Assembly: GCA_030645735.1 (NCBI GenBank)
Contig: JAUSNP010000006.1
Location: forward strand, 132,095-196,094
Origin: Candidatus Moraniibacteriota bacterium
Lineage (GTDB): Bacteria; Patescibacteriota; Minisyncoccia; Moranbacterales; UBA2206
DNA length: 64,000 bases
Direction: 5' to 3'
In this document: positions 45,813-55,643 of the stretch, piece by piece
Numbering within the stretch: position 1 is the first letter of the stretch
Layout: each line of letters opens with the position of its first letter
Made by a program: the position numbers and the translations under genes
Notes under the pieces: generated by a model
Told to the model about the DNA's origin: nothing
Database searches by the model: none
The model's input: the letters and a program-made list of their open reading frames with translations, nothing else

Positions 45813-47339
45813 TTAATTTCCCCAACGATACACACCAATGTCACCGCGCACCGCGATGGCATTTATTTTTTCCAAGTTTTGCTCAACATATTCTTGCACC
45901 GCTTCAGAAATATAATCTTTGTCATTGCCCGAAAAAATAAACCAGCCCGATGGATTTTCACTCATGATTTTTTGCAACTCTGCTAGGCTGAATTTTTCTT
46001 GTGACAATTCTCCACCAAAATCAAAGGTTGCAACCTTTTGTCCACTCCAATAATAGTTGCGGAAATCCCGAGTGATTAAAACATCAGTCGGTTTTTTGTT
46101 TTTCTTGAAATAGGTGAAAACACTGCGATAGTTTGGATTTTCTGAACGCGATGTTTGATTGTAAACATTGTTTTCTTGAAAGAAATAAGCATAGTTTGGC
46201 AAAATCAAGAAAGCAATGATACTCGCGATATAAAAAGGTTTTTTCTTGTATTGTAATAGACTATCTTGAAAGAAAACGGCCACTGAATAAATTCCCGCCG
46301 CAATCAAAATCATTTCAAAAGATTGGATGAAGAAAATATATTGCTCGCCGACATTTCTGCGCCACATGAAAATTGCGAATAGCAATGGCACAAAAAATGA
46401 AATTGACAGCCACAAAGCCTCCTTGCCCAGAAATCTGGTTTTGACCAAATAATAAATTCCCAACAGCGCAAACGCAATCGCAATCAGCACATCATTATAA
46501 TCACGCAAAACAATGTTTAGATAACTGAAATGTGTCGTGAAAAAAACTAAAGTTACCCAAAATTTATCTATCAAGTTTTTGGCAAAAATTTCAACCAAAA
46601 CAAATCCGGCCACAGCCATGGCCAGCATCACCGCATATTTATTTTGCAATGATTTTGTTTTGCGATAAACACTCACCAAACGCACCGCAAGATACACTGC
46701 GACAACAATAGCAATGTTCGCGGTGAGCTGATGCAAATGAAAACTCAGCGCTCCCAGCGCCAGCATCGGCACCAAATACATCAAATTCAATCCGTATTCA
46801 ACATTAATTTTTTTTATCCAAGCCACATCGCCCTCATATTTTCTTTCCAAGAATTTGAAAGTTGACCATGAAAACAGCAGGAAGATTGGAAAAAACATAG
46901 CATACATCCGCACATGCCGATCAAAAATGATGCCCGAAACGCTCAGAGCGAACAAAGTTGCGCTCAAAAGGCCAACGGCACGTTTTTTGGTGAAACTAGT
47001 TGCCACTAGATACATCGCCACCATAGAAATCATGCCCCAAAAAACACTCACCGCGCGAGCTGTGGCTTCAGTAGGTGGAAAGAATTTGTATAGTTGCGCC
47101 ATTTGCCAGCGATAGGCCCAAGCTCGCTCATCACTGGGGTCATTCACTCTCTCAGCCGGAGCGCCCAAATTGAAATCCCATGCATGCCAATCGCCCGTTT
47201 TGAAATAGCCATAACTGGCATTCACATCCAAAAACTCATCCGCCACAAACGAAGAATTGCCCAATTTATATATGCGCAAAAATCCACCCAACAAGATTAT
47301 TAGAAACAGGATAGCAAAGAACCTTTTTTTGTCTAACAT
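45813..47339 (-). CDS. GT-C (ArnT/PMT-like) glycosyltransferase
   Basis: LRIYKLG..ADE, ARAVSV, VRMYA. Confidence 0.85.
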   Translation of the reverse strand: MLDKKRFFAILFLIILLGGFLRIYKLGNSSFVADEFLDVNASYGYFKTGDWHAWDFNLGAPAERVNDPSDERAWAYRWQMAQLYKFFPPTEATARAVSVFWGMISMVAMYLVATSFTKKRAVGLLSATLFALSVSGIIFDRHVRMYAMFFPIFLLFSWSTFKFLERKYEGDVAWIKKINVEYGLNLMYLVPMLALGALSFHLHQLTANIAIVVAVYLAVRLVSVYRKTKSLQNKYAVMLAMAVAGFVLVEIFAKNLIDKFWVTLVFFTTHFSYLNIVLRDYNDVLIAIAFALLGIYYLVKTRFLGKEALWLSISFFVPLLFAIFMWRRNVGEQYIFFIQSFEMILIAAGIYSVAVFFQDSLLQYKKKPFYIASIIAFLILPNYAYFFQENNVYNQTSRSENPNYRSVFTYFKKNKKPTDVLITRDFRNYYWSGQKVATFDFGGELSQEKFSLAELQKIMSENPSGWFIFSGNDKDYISEAVQEYVEQNLEKINAIAVRGDIGVYRWGN

Positions 47340-47357
47340 TTTTATATAAAATAATAA

Positions 47358-49115
47358 TTATTCTTCATCACCAGTTTCAGATAAGATTTCCTCCCAACGA
47401 AAACGCACTGGCACATTTGGTCCACTTTGTGGCTTGCCCTTGGGTCTGAATTCCTGACTGTCAGTGGTAATAAATTCTTTTTTCGGTATCAAATTCATCA
47501 CCAAAAGCGTACCGAATTCTTTTTGGCCTACAATATCGAATTTTCCAGTATAATCGTCTAGTTCAGCATCCAAGTTTGCTCCGGATGGATAGATTAAGAA
47601 ATAATTACTATCACGATATATTTTATTGGTGCGCATATCATCGCGCGGAATCTGACGTTGCTCTAGGTTATATAAAAAAGCTCGGCGATAGAAAGGATCA
47701 CTATCCAAATAAATTGGGAAACCATTCTTTTTGTGAAATTCTTCCAAGTAGTCAGTGATGATTTCTTGCTGAAGCATAGTCACTCGCTCTTGTTCCTTAA
47801 GAATCCTGTCAGTTTTAATTTTGAAATTTTCAAATGGCGCCCTACTCAATTCTGAGAATCTAACTTGGGTTTCGCGCAAATTGGAAAACAAAATAATGGC
47901 CACAATCGCAATCAACACAGCCAACGCGGTTCGCCTATTTTTGATAATCTGGCCAAAAAATTGCAACATCAATCCCAAAAATATAAACGGCAATCCCGCC
48001 ACTATCAAGAAAAATCTGGGCGCAAAATCATAGGCAATCGGTGTGAAAGCTACAAAAGAAATGCCGAACCACAAACAAACCAAAATGACAAAATCTCGCT
48101 GTGGACTGTTTTCCTTGCGCCAAATTCTTATCAAATTATACGCCAGCAAGATTATGCCAGCCGAAAACAAAATCACCGACAAAATTCCCATCGGCGTGCC
48201 ATTCTTGCAATCTTCATCACAAACCAAAACCGCGGGAACAACTTTGTGGTTAACTTTGGGCAACTCAGCTTCCTGATAACTGCTCACCAACAACAAATAA
48301 CTCAGGGAGTTTTCTTTATAGTTTCGAACGGCTTTTTCAAAAAACGAATTGTCATTTTTGGTGGATTTTTTAGTGAAAACTTTAGCAAATTGTTTGATAT
48401 TCGCTCCGCCTGTGCCAAAATCATTCACAATTGGCGGGATATATAGAACTACAAAAATCAAGACTGCCGCAAACCAATGAATCAATCTCAATTTTGGTCG
48501 CTTAATTAGAAGATATACCATCGTCACTGCTGGCACTACCAAAAACGCCACGAAATGCAGTTGGGTGGTGATAGCCATTGCGCCTGATGCCAATGCTACC
48601 CACCAACCCTTCCTTTTTTCATTGGGATCAACTGTGCGCAACAGCGCATAAAAAGTCAGCAGAATGAAAAATGGCAAATTGTTCGGATTCCACGCAAAAC
48701 GCGAATACATAATCAAAAACAGCGAAGTGGAAAAAACCGCCAAAAGTGCCACGGATATTTTTCGATCAAAATATCTGCGCACAAAAAGATAAAACACTGG
48801 CAGGGTCAAAATAGAAAAAATCAAATTGACTGTCGCAATGCCTGGCGGGGTGTTGCCAAAAATCTTGGCGCTTACATATTCAAAATAATAAAAAGCTGGT
48901 CCGAGTCGCAAAAATGAACCCGCCGCCTTGGGCCCCAAAAGTGGCAAATTCGATGCCCCTTCCTCCACGGCCAAATCAATCACAATGGCGTCGCGAGATT
49001 GATCCAATTCAAAATGCAACCAATCGGAAAAATGATAGACGCGCAGAAAGGTTCCCAGCGCCAAAATAGCCAAAATCAACCCAACAAACCAATACTTTTT
49101 GAAATAGTTATTCAC
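47358..49115 (-). CDS. GT-C (ArnT/PMT-like) glycosyltransferase
   Basis: FLRVY..FELDQSRD, LGPAFYY, SRFAWNPN, QLH. Confidence 0.85.
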   Translation of the reverse strand: MNNYFKKYWFVGLILAILALGTFLRVYHFSDWLHFELDQSRDAIVIDLAVEEGASNLPLLGPKAAGSFLRLGPAFYYFEYVSAKIFGNTPPGIATVNLIFSILTLPVFYLFVRRYFDRKISVALLAVFSTSLFLIMYSRFAWNPNNLPFFILLTFYALLRTVDPNEKRKGWWVALASGAMAITTQLHFVAFLVVPAVTMVYLLIKRPKLRLIHWFAAVLIFVVLYIPPIVNDFGTGGANIKQFAKVFTKKSTKNDNSFFEKAVRNYKENSLSYLLLVSSYQEAELPKVNHKVVPAVLVCDEDCKNGTPMGILSVILFSAGIILLAYNLIRIWRKENSPQRDFVILVCLWFGISFVAFTPIAYDFAPRFFLIVAGLPFIFLGLMLQFFGQIIKNRRTALAVLIAIVAIILFSNLRETQVRFSELSRAPFENFKIKTDRILKEQERVTMLQQEIITDYLEEFHKKNGFPIYLDSDPFYRRAFLYNLEQRQIPRDDMRTNKIYRDSNYFLIYPSGANLDAELDDYTGKFDIVGQKEFGTLLVMNLIPKKEFITTDSQEFRPKGKPQSGPNVPVRFRWEEILSETGDEE

Positions 49116-49198
49116 TTTGTTTTTTCCTTAATTTATAGTAAAATAAGCCTTATGAGCTACTTCTATTTTATTACATAATCCATAACAAATCAAACGCC

Positions 49199-51475
49199 AT
49201 GTCAAATCAATTGCGAGGGTTCCTGAGAGACAAAACCAACCTACTTTTTTTGTTTTTATCCGCCGTATTAGCTGTTAATTCTCTATTTTTTCTTGCTTCT
49301 CAAGAAGCTGTCTTCCATTTATTTCTAAATTCACTCAGTCATAACTTAACCTACTTTGTGTATCTGTCGATATCCGCCGTTGGAATTGGTTTTTATTTTT
49401 TCAAAAACAAATTCAATCTACTGAATCTTCTGCAAAAAATTCTAATTCTATATTTGCCCACGGAAATTGTTTTCATATATGGCCTGCAAAAAACCACCGA
49501 ACTCAGTCCGAACATTGGCATAGCCAGCGCCATCTATACTCTAGCGCTAGCATTGTTTATCGTTTTGCATGGTTTGAATAGCGACAAACTGACCCTAATT
49601 GAAAATACTCAGCCAAAAACAAAAAGCTCCGTGCTAATTGCAATCGCAATTTTTTCCATTATGTTGACTTCGCTGTTATTCGGCAATTACCATATTGGCA
49701 AAATGGCTATCGTTGATGAACCGCTCTGGACCTTTGACCGCATTCCGGATTTCTGGAAAAATGTCGGCGAAAGAGATTGGTACAACAGTCGGGTCAGTGA
49801 CAAACCAGGGTTGACTGTCGCCATGCTGTCTGGCACTGGTCTTTTTTTCGAAAAAAATCCGCAATATTTTGAAAATATGCCGTGGGTTAACAATGAAATC
49901 ATATCTGAAAAAGCTATTGAAAATTTCAACTATGCTTTCCGCTTTCCAATTTGGCTTTTTGTCATCCTATCACTGCCGATTTTTTATCTCTTGCTCAAAA
50001 AACTAATCGGGCAATCCAGCGCGCTCCTGTCCATTTCCTTTATTGGACTTTCTCCAATTATGCTTGGCAATGCCAGAATCATCAATCCTGATTCAATTTT
50101 GTGGATTTTTGTGTCACTTTCTATCATAACCTACTTGATTTATCTCAAGACTGTTCGCAAGGCCGATCTTTTTTTGAGCGCGCTTTTTTTGAGCCTTGGC
50201 ATTCTCACCAAATATACTGCCAACATTCTCTATTTCTTTTTTCTCGCCCTCATCTTCGCTGAATATATTTTCAACCACGAAAAATATGTCAAAGAATCTT
50301 TCTATGTCTATCTCAAAAAACATCTGCTAAATTATGGCCTGCTCGTTGCATTGTCTTTTGCGATTTTTTATGCCTGTTATCCAGGTGTCTGGGAAAAACC
50401 AAGCCGAGTCTTGATTGGCACAATTTACAGCCAAGCTTTCGAACCACTCTGGCCTTTCTTCGCCAGTGTCCTAGGATTTATCTTATTAGATCTTTTGGCT
50501 CTGAAAAGTTTCCTAATGAGCGCGATTGTTAATTTTTTTGTGAAATTCAAACGAACATTGTTTGTTGGCATCAGCAGTGTTTTTCTGGCATCTATCCTAG
50601 CCACCCTCGCCAATGTCTATCTCGGCATGAAATTTTTTGACTTTGAAAATATCCTCGCTTCTCCCAAATCGTCTTTTGCCGCCACTAGCGCGCTTGGTTT
50701 TTTCTTGTCAAATTTCTATCCAATGATTTTTGGAATTTCTATTGTTGCTCTACTAACAATAATCGTCTTTCTAATTTTATCCTTGCAGAATAAAACTAAA
50801 TTAAACCAACAATCTGTCCTGACTGCATTCTATCTGATGCTATTTATCATCGCCTACTATCTTGGCGCCGTGGCATCGCATGTCGCTTCCATCATTCGTT
50901 ATCAAATCGTCATCTTTCCTATCATTTTCATCATTGCGGGCATTGCTGGCAGTGAGCTTTTTCGAATTTTTATTTTGCAGAAAAATGATGGCGCTCAAAA
51001 AATATTCCTCAAGCAAATTATATTTTTTGTTGGATTGTTAATTGTGCTTTTCGCTTCCCTGTGGCAAAGCAAGCCATTCTATATGAGCTATGCTTCGGTT
51101 CTATTGCCCGAAAAATATTATCTCGATATCAAGGATATGGGCGAAGGCAGTTATGAAGCCGCTCATTATCTCAATTCTTTGCCTAACGCAAAAGAATTGA
51201 ACATTTGGACTGACAAGCAAGGCGTCTGCGTTTTCTTTGTTGGCAAGTGTCATTCGGCGCTTTCGGCCAAAACTTTCGCTACTCGCAAAATAGATTATTT
51301 CGTTGTTTCTTCTGGTCGGAAAAGTCGCACTACCAAAATGAGTAGCATGATTTTCATCAATGGCGCCTCATTTCTGGATATCTACAACAGTGAAAAATTT
51401 GTACAAAAAATAGAACTGGGTGGTCGACCTAATAATTTCGTTAAAATTGTTGAAACTAATTCCATCAAAAAGTAA
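49199..51475 (+). CDS. GT-C (PMT_2-like) glycosyltransferase
   Basis: VDE..W, DKPG, INPD, LTKYTA. Confidence 0.82.
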   Translation: MSNQLRGFLRDKTNLLFLFLSAVLAVNSLFFLASQEAVFHLFLNSLSHNLTYFVYLSISAVGIGFYFFKNKFNLLNLLQKILILYLPTEIVFIYGLQKTTELSPNIGIASAIYTLALALFIVLHGLNSDKLTLIENTQPKTKSSVLIAIAIFSIMLTSLLFGNYHIGKMAIVDEPLWTFDRIPDFWKNVGERDWYNSRVSDKPGLTVAMLSGTGLFFEKNPQYFENMPWVNNEIISEKAIENFNYAFRFPIWLFVILSLPIFYLLLKKLIGQSSALLSISFIGLSPIMLGNARIINPDSILWIFVSLSIITYLIYLKTVRKADLFLSALFLSLGILTKYTANILYFFFLALIFAEYIFNHEKYVKESFYVYLKKHLLNYGLLVALSFAIFYACYPGVWEKPSRVLIGTIYSQAFEPLWPFFASVLGFILLDLLALKSFLMSAIVNFFVKFKRTLFVGISSVFLASILATLANVYLGMKFFDFENILASPKSSFAATSALGFFLSNFYPMIFGISIVALLTIIVFLILSLQNKTKLNQQSVLTAFYLMLFIIAYYLGAVASHVASIIRYQIVIFPIIFIIAGIAGSELFRIFILQKNDGAQKIFLKQIIFFVGLLIVLFASLWQSKPFYMSYASVLLPEKYYLDIKDMGEGSYEAAHYLNSLPNAKELNIWTDKQGVCVFFVGKCHSALSAKTFATRKIDYFVVSSGRKSRTTKMSSMIFINGASFLDIYNSEKFVQKIELGGRPNNFVKIVETNSIKK

Positions 51476-51476
51476 T

Positions 51477-53315
51477 ATGCCAAATAAAAAAATATCTATC
51501 CTATTTCTACTTATCTTGTCTGTGGGACTTTTTTTTGCCTTTGGTTTTCATCATCTGACTAAATTTGTGACGGCCGATGAACATTATTGGACCTATGAAC
51601 GGATTCCGCAATATTGGCAGGCTCTAGGTGATTTCAATCTCAAAAAAACCTTCATCAACGACAAACCCGGCATCACTGTGGCCATGTTTTCAGGTGCTGG
51701 ACTCCTCGCAGAAAAAGATCCAGCTAATCATACCGCCAAAGTTGATGCGGATCTGCGAACATTTGATGTTGCCAGAACTGAAAATATCAATTTTGCTTTT
51801 CGCTTGCCAATTCTAATTATCAATAGCCTTCTATTGCTATATTTATTTTGGATTATCAAAAAGGTCACGGGCAATGTTTGGATTGCTTTGTGGAGCGTCA
51901 TTTTGATGGCACTTTCCCCCATTCTCATTGGCATCTCGCAAATCATCAATCCTGATGCTTTGTTCTGGTCATTCAGCACGGCGGGGATTTTTTCCTATCT
52001 AGCTGTTCTGAAACATAATCAGAAAAAATTTGTTTTTCTGACAGCGCTTTTTGTCGGCCTAGCTATGCTTTCCAAATACACTGCCAACATTCTTCTGCCA
52101 TTTTTCTTTTTCAATATATTTTTCTACTACCTATTTATCTGCGAAAAATACACTCGGGCAGAAATCAAAAAATATTTCATCTCACAAATTTTTAATTTGG
52201 CAGCCATTGCCATTGGCGCGCTCGCTGTCATTGCCATCTTTCTACCCGCTGTGATCGTCAAACCAATCTACCTTTATCGCTTGACCCTGGGCTTCGGAGC
52301 TATGCAACCAATCATCTGGATAATGTCTGTTATTTCCCTAATATTTTTATTTGATCAATTTGCTTTCAAAAGCGCTCTTTCGTTTTGGCTAAAAAAATAT
52401 TCCCAAACACTCATCGCCATTTCAAAAATTGTACTGGCTCTGGTTTTTTCAATTTTTGTCATCCTGATTGTCGGACGCAATGTGATTCAACATTGGCAAC
52501 TCTTCGAGGTGGTGCCATTTGATGTGAAGGAATTGAAATATATTGATGATTATGGTTATTTCATCACCTTGTGGGAAAAATTTCTTTTTGAATTCAATCC
52601 ACTGGTTTTTTCCATCACCCCCATCGCCTTGCTAGCCGCGCTATTTATTTGGCTCGAAACCTTTTTTACTAAAAAATCATCTGGGGCTTTCTTGGTTATT
52701 TCTGCCACATTTTTTATTCTGATTTATTACATCGCCTCAGTTATTATGGGCATCACCTCTATTGTTCGCTACAGCATTATCCTCTATCCAATGATTGCTT
52801 TTTTGGGTGGCCTCGGACTTTGGCAAATGACACAAAAAATCAAAATCAAGAATGTTCTCAATTTGAACATTGCCATCACGCTTGCCTTGATAATTTTTTC
52901 TTCGGCTATTGTGTTTTCCATCAAGCCTTTCTATTTCAACTACACCAGTTCGCTGTTGCCTAAAAAGGATTTGATTTCCGATGCTTGGGGTTATGGCGGT
53001 TATGAAGCCACCCAATATCTCAACGCCATGCCCGATGCCAAAAACATTACTGTCTGGGCAGACTACTACGGTGTCTGTGAATTTTTTGTTGGCAAATGCA
53101 TCACCGACTACAATTTGGAAACTGGCAATTATTCAATCGATTACTATGTCATGACGCGTCGCGGACAAATCCGATACATGCAAAACAGCGCCAAATGGAT
53201 TGATCGACCCAACGGCATCCGAGTTGAATCATACTACGCAGATCCCAATCCAATCTGGAAAATTGAAATTGGAAACCGCCCAGACAATTTTATTAAGATT
53301 GTGAAAAAATACTAA
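51477..53315 (+). CDS. GT-C (PMT_2-like) glycosyltransferase, paralog of the upstream gene
   Basis: ADE..W, DKPG, INPD, LSKYTA; start ATG 51477. Confidence 0.82.
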   Translation: MPNKKISILFLLILSVGLFFAFGFHHLTKFVTADEHYWTYERIPQYWQALGDFNLKKTFINDKPGITVAMFSGAGLLAEKDPANHTAKVDADLRTFDVARTENINFAFRLPILIINSLLLLYLFWIIKKVTGNVWIALWSVILMALSPILIGISQIINPDALFWSFSTAGIFSYLAVLKHNQKKFVFLTALFVGLAMLSKYTANILLPFFFFNIFFYYLFICEKYTRAEIKKYFISQIFNLAAIAIGALAVIAIFLPAVIVKPIYLYRLTLGFGAMQPIIWIMSVISLIFLFDQFAFKSALSFWLKKYSQTLIAISKIVLALVFSIFVILIVGRNVIQHWQLFEVVPFDVKELKYIDDYGYFITLWEKFLFEFNPLVFSITPIALLAALFIWLETFFTKKSSGAFLVISATFFILIYYIASVIMGITSIVRYSIILYPMIAFLGGLGLWQMTQKIKIKNVLNLNIAITLALIIFSSAIVFSIKPFYFNYTSSLLPKKDLISDAWGYGGYEATQYLNAMPDAKNITVWADYYGVCEFFVGKCITDYNLETGNYSIDYYVMTRRGQIRYMQNSAKWIDRPNGIRVESYYADPNPIWKIEIGNRPDNFIKIVKKY

Positions 53316-53329
53316 CAGAATATATATAT

Positions 53330-53428
53330 TGTCATTCCGGCCTTGAGCCGGAATCTGCTTACTGTAATCGTGAAATTTAATTTATTGCATGAACCAAAAG
53401 AAGATCCCGGGTCAAGCCCGGGATGACA
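53330..53428. mobile_element. family-B palindromic mini-element
   Basis: Same terminal hairpins as 37436-37535. Confidence 0.9.
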
Positions 53429-53486
53429 GTTATTAAAAAATCGAGAATTTTCATCTCGATTTTTTATATCTGAAACTTGCTCTAAT

Positions 53487-54428
53487 TTATTTATTCTTCA
53501 AATACACCGGTAGGGCTAAGAAACTCAAGAGCATTTGGAGGAAACGACTGAGGATGGCCACGGTGATGACCAAGGCTGAGCTGACCCCAAAAAAGCCGAA
53601 GAATGTGACATAGGCCCATTCCTTCACGCCGATGTTGTTGATGCTGATTGGGGCTGATGAAACGATGCTGATCAAAAAGATGACCGATAGATAGTCCAGA
53701 AGCCCTATTTTGGCTCCCAGAGCCAAGAATAGCACAAAATTGGCTCCTGCAAGCCCAATCAGACTGAAGGCCACTGAGCCTGCCACAGCCTGCCACAGCA
53801 CGCCTGAATTGTCATGATAATGAGCCATTTCTAGCATGAATTTTGAGGCTTTTTCCGGCACATACTGGCCTAATTTGGTTTTGTGTAAAGCCAGTTTTTC
53901 CCAAAATTGCATCTTGCGCGTCACAAAAAACAGCACCACCACAATCACTCCCGCCAACACACCCGCATTCAAAACCGACAAAATATATTTAGTGCTGATT
54001 ATTCTATAATTGAGCAGCGAAAAAAACAAAGTCAAAAGCATCGCTCCAAAAAGTCCGGTCAAGCGATCCACTACCACTGATGAAGCAGCTTGGGTATATT
54101 TCTTTTCCGCTTTGCCAATTTGATAGGCGCGAAAAGTGTCGCCACCGATGAAAGATGGCATAAAATTATTGATGAAAGTTCCAGCTAAATAGAATTTGAA
54201 AAAATCACGCAGGGGCAAATGAATGCCTTTGAACTCGGCTAATTTTTTCCACTTATAGGCCGATACAAGAATTCCGGCAACCAGAACAATAAAATACAAA
54301 ACGATGTATTTTATTTCAATCTTACTTAGTAGCGCCAGAACTTCCTGCCAATTGATTTTGAAAATAAGCCAAAACAAAAACGCCAAACTAATGGCGAGCT
54401 TAATAATAAATTTAGTAATTTTTTTCAT
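53487..54428 (-). CDS. lysylphosphatidylglycerol-synthase TM-domain / AglD2-like flippase
   Basis: PSFIGGD..R, VVDRL, PISINNIGVKE. Confidence 0.85.
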   Translation of the reverse strand: MKKITKFIIKLAISLAFLFWLIFKINWQEVLALLSKIEIKYIVLYFIVLVAGILVSAYKWKKLAEFKGIHLPLRDFFKFYLAGTFINNFMPSFIGGDTFRAYQIGKAEKKYTQAASSVVVDRLTGLFGAMLLTLFFSLLNYRIISTKYILSVLNAGVLAGVIVVVLFFVTRKMQFWEKLALHKTKLGQYVPEKASKFMLEMAHYHDNSGVLWQAVAGSVAFSLIGLAGANFVLFLALGAKIGLLDYLSVIFLISIVSSAPISINNIGVKEWAYVTFFGFFGVSSALVITVAILSRFLQMLLSFLALPVYLKNK

Positions 54429-55580
54429 TTATTTAGAAACTTTTTGATAGAGTTCAAAATATTGTCGCGCCACCGAACCCCAGCTCATTGTCTCGGCCAC
54501 CTTGCGACTCTCTTGTCCCATCTTTGCACATAGTTCCGGATTGGAAATGACTTTTTCAATTTTTTCCGCCATATCATCTGCATCACCCATCTCAATCACC
54601 AGGCCATTTTGACCTTCCGTGACCAATTCCTTGGTTCCACCCGTGTCAGTAGCTACAATCGGAAGACCAGAGGCCAAAGCTTCCAACATGGCATTGCTCA
54701 TACCTTCATTGAAAGATGGCAACACAAACAGACTGGCCTCTTGATAATATGGCGTGGTTTCTTCGCGTGGCACGCGGCCAATGAGTTGTATGTTTTTCTC
54801 CAATCCCATTTCGGCCACCATTGCCGTCAAATTTTCCTTTTCATCTCCATCCCCCATCACCTTCAAAAAAATCTGCGGATATTTCGGCAACAACTGCGCC
54901 ACCGCTTTGATCAAAAAATCCAAACCTTTTCTCTTGGTCACACGTGAAGCGCCAGGGGTGATGATAAATCTGTCAGCTGGTTTTTTGCTTGCATCCGGCT
55001 TGAAATTTTCAATATCAATGCCATTGAAAATAACACCAACCTCTTGATCAGGTTTAGCCTTGAGCGCTAATTCTTTAAGTCCAATGCTATTGGAAATCAC
55101 CGCGTCTGATTTTTTCCAGACATATTTGATGATAGGTGTGAAAACATAATAAGCCAAACCGAATCTTTCGCTATACCCAGGCACATCCGAACCGCGCAAT
55201 GACACAATGTAAGGCAAGCCATATTTGCGTTTCAATAGCATCGACAAAAATCCGCATGGAATGGAAAAAAAAGAATGCGTCAAATCATATTTATTGGCTT
55301 TGATAAGTTCTTTGGAAAACTGATAAGCTTTCCACGAATACACCAGCAAATCTTTTTGCGATTGAAAATGCAGATTGCTGGAATTTTTGCCGATCGGCAA
55401 GCGATGCACGCGAATTTTTTCACTAATATTGTCTAGATGATATTTTTCATCAATCGAAGAAGTCACCAAATCAACTTCCAAATCTGGAATTTTGGCAAAC
55501 TCGCCCAAGATATAGGCCGTGGCGTTCGCTGCTCCGCCACCCAATGGCGGATATTCATAATTGAAAAACAAAACCTTCAT
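54429..55580 (-). CDS. GT4 glycosyltransferase
   Basis: EYPPLGGG, KRKG, EGMSNAMLEALASG. Confidence 0.93.
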   Translation of the reverse strand: MKVLFFNYEYPPLGGGAANATAYILGEFAKIPDLEVDLVTSSIDEKYHLDNISEKIRVHRLPIGKNSSNLHFQSQKDLLVYSWKAYQFSKELIKANKYDLTHSFFSIPCGFLSMLLKRKYGLPYIVSLRGSDVPGYSERFGLAYYVFTPIIKYVWKKSDAVISNSIGLKELALKAKPDQEVGVIFNGIDIENFKPDASKKPADRFIITPGASRVTKRKGLDFLIKAVAQLLPKYPQIFLKVMGDGDEKENLTAMVAEMGLEKNIQLIGRVPREETTPYYQEASLFVLPSFNEGMSNAMLEALASGLPIVATDTGGTKELVTEGQNGLVIEMGDADDMAEKIEKVISNPELCAKMGQESRKVAETMSWGSVARQYFELYQKVSK

Positions 55581-55643
55581 AATCAATTTGATTTAGACTT
55601 TCGTAGATTCGTGTAACATTCGTAGTTTCGTATCGGTCTTACT

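Noticed and set aside
36237-53428. Family-B repeats as a CRISPR array or integron attC sites
   Set aside because: Copies are kilobases apart in mixed orientation with conserved interiors; no cas genes, integrase or RYYYAAC/GTTRRRY ends.
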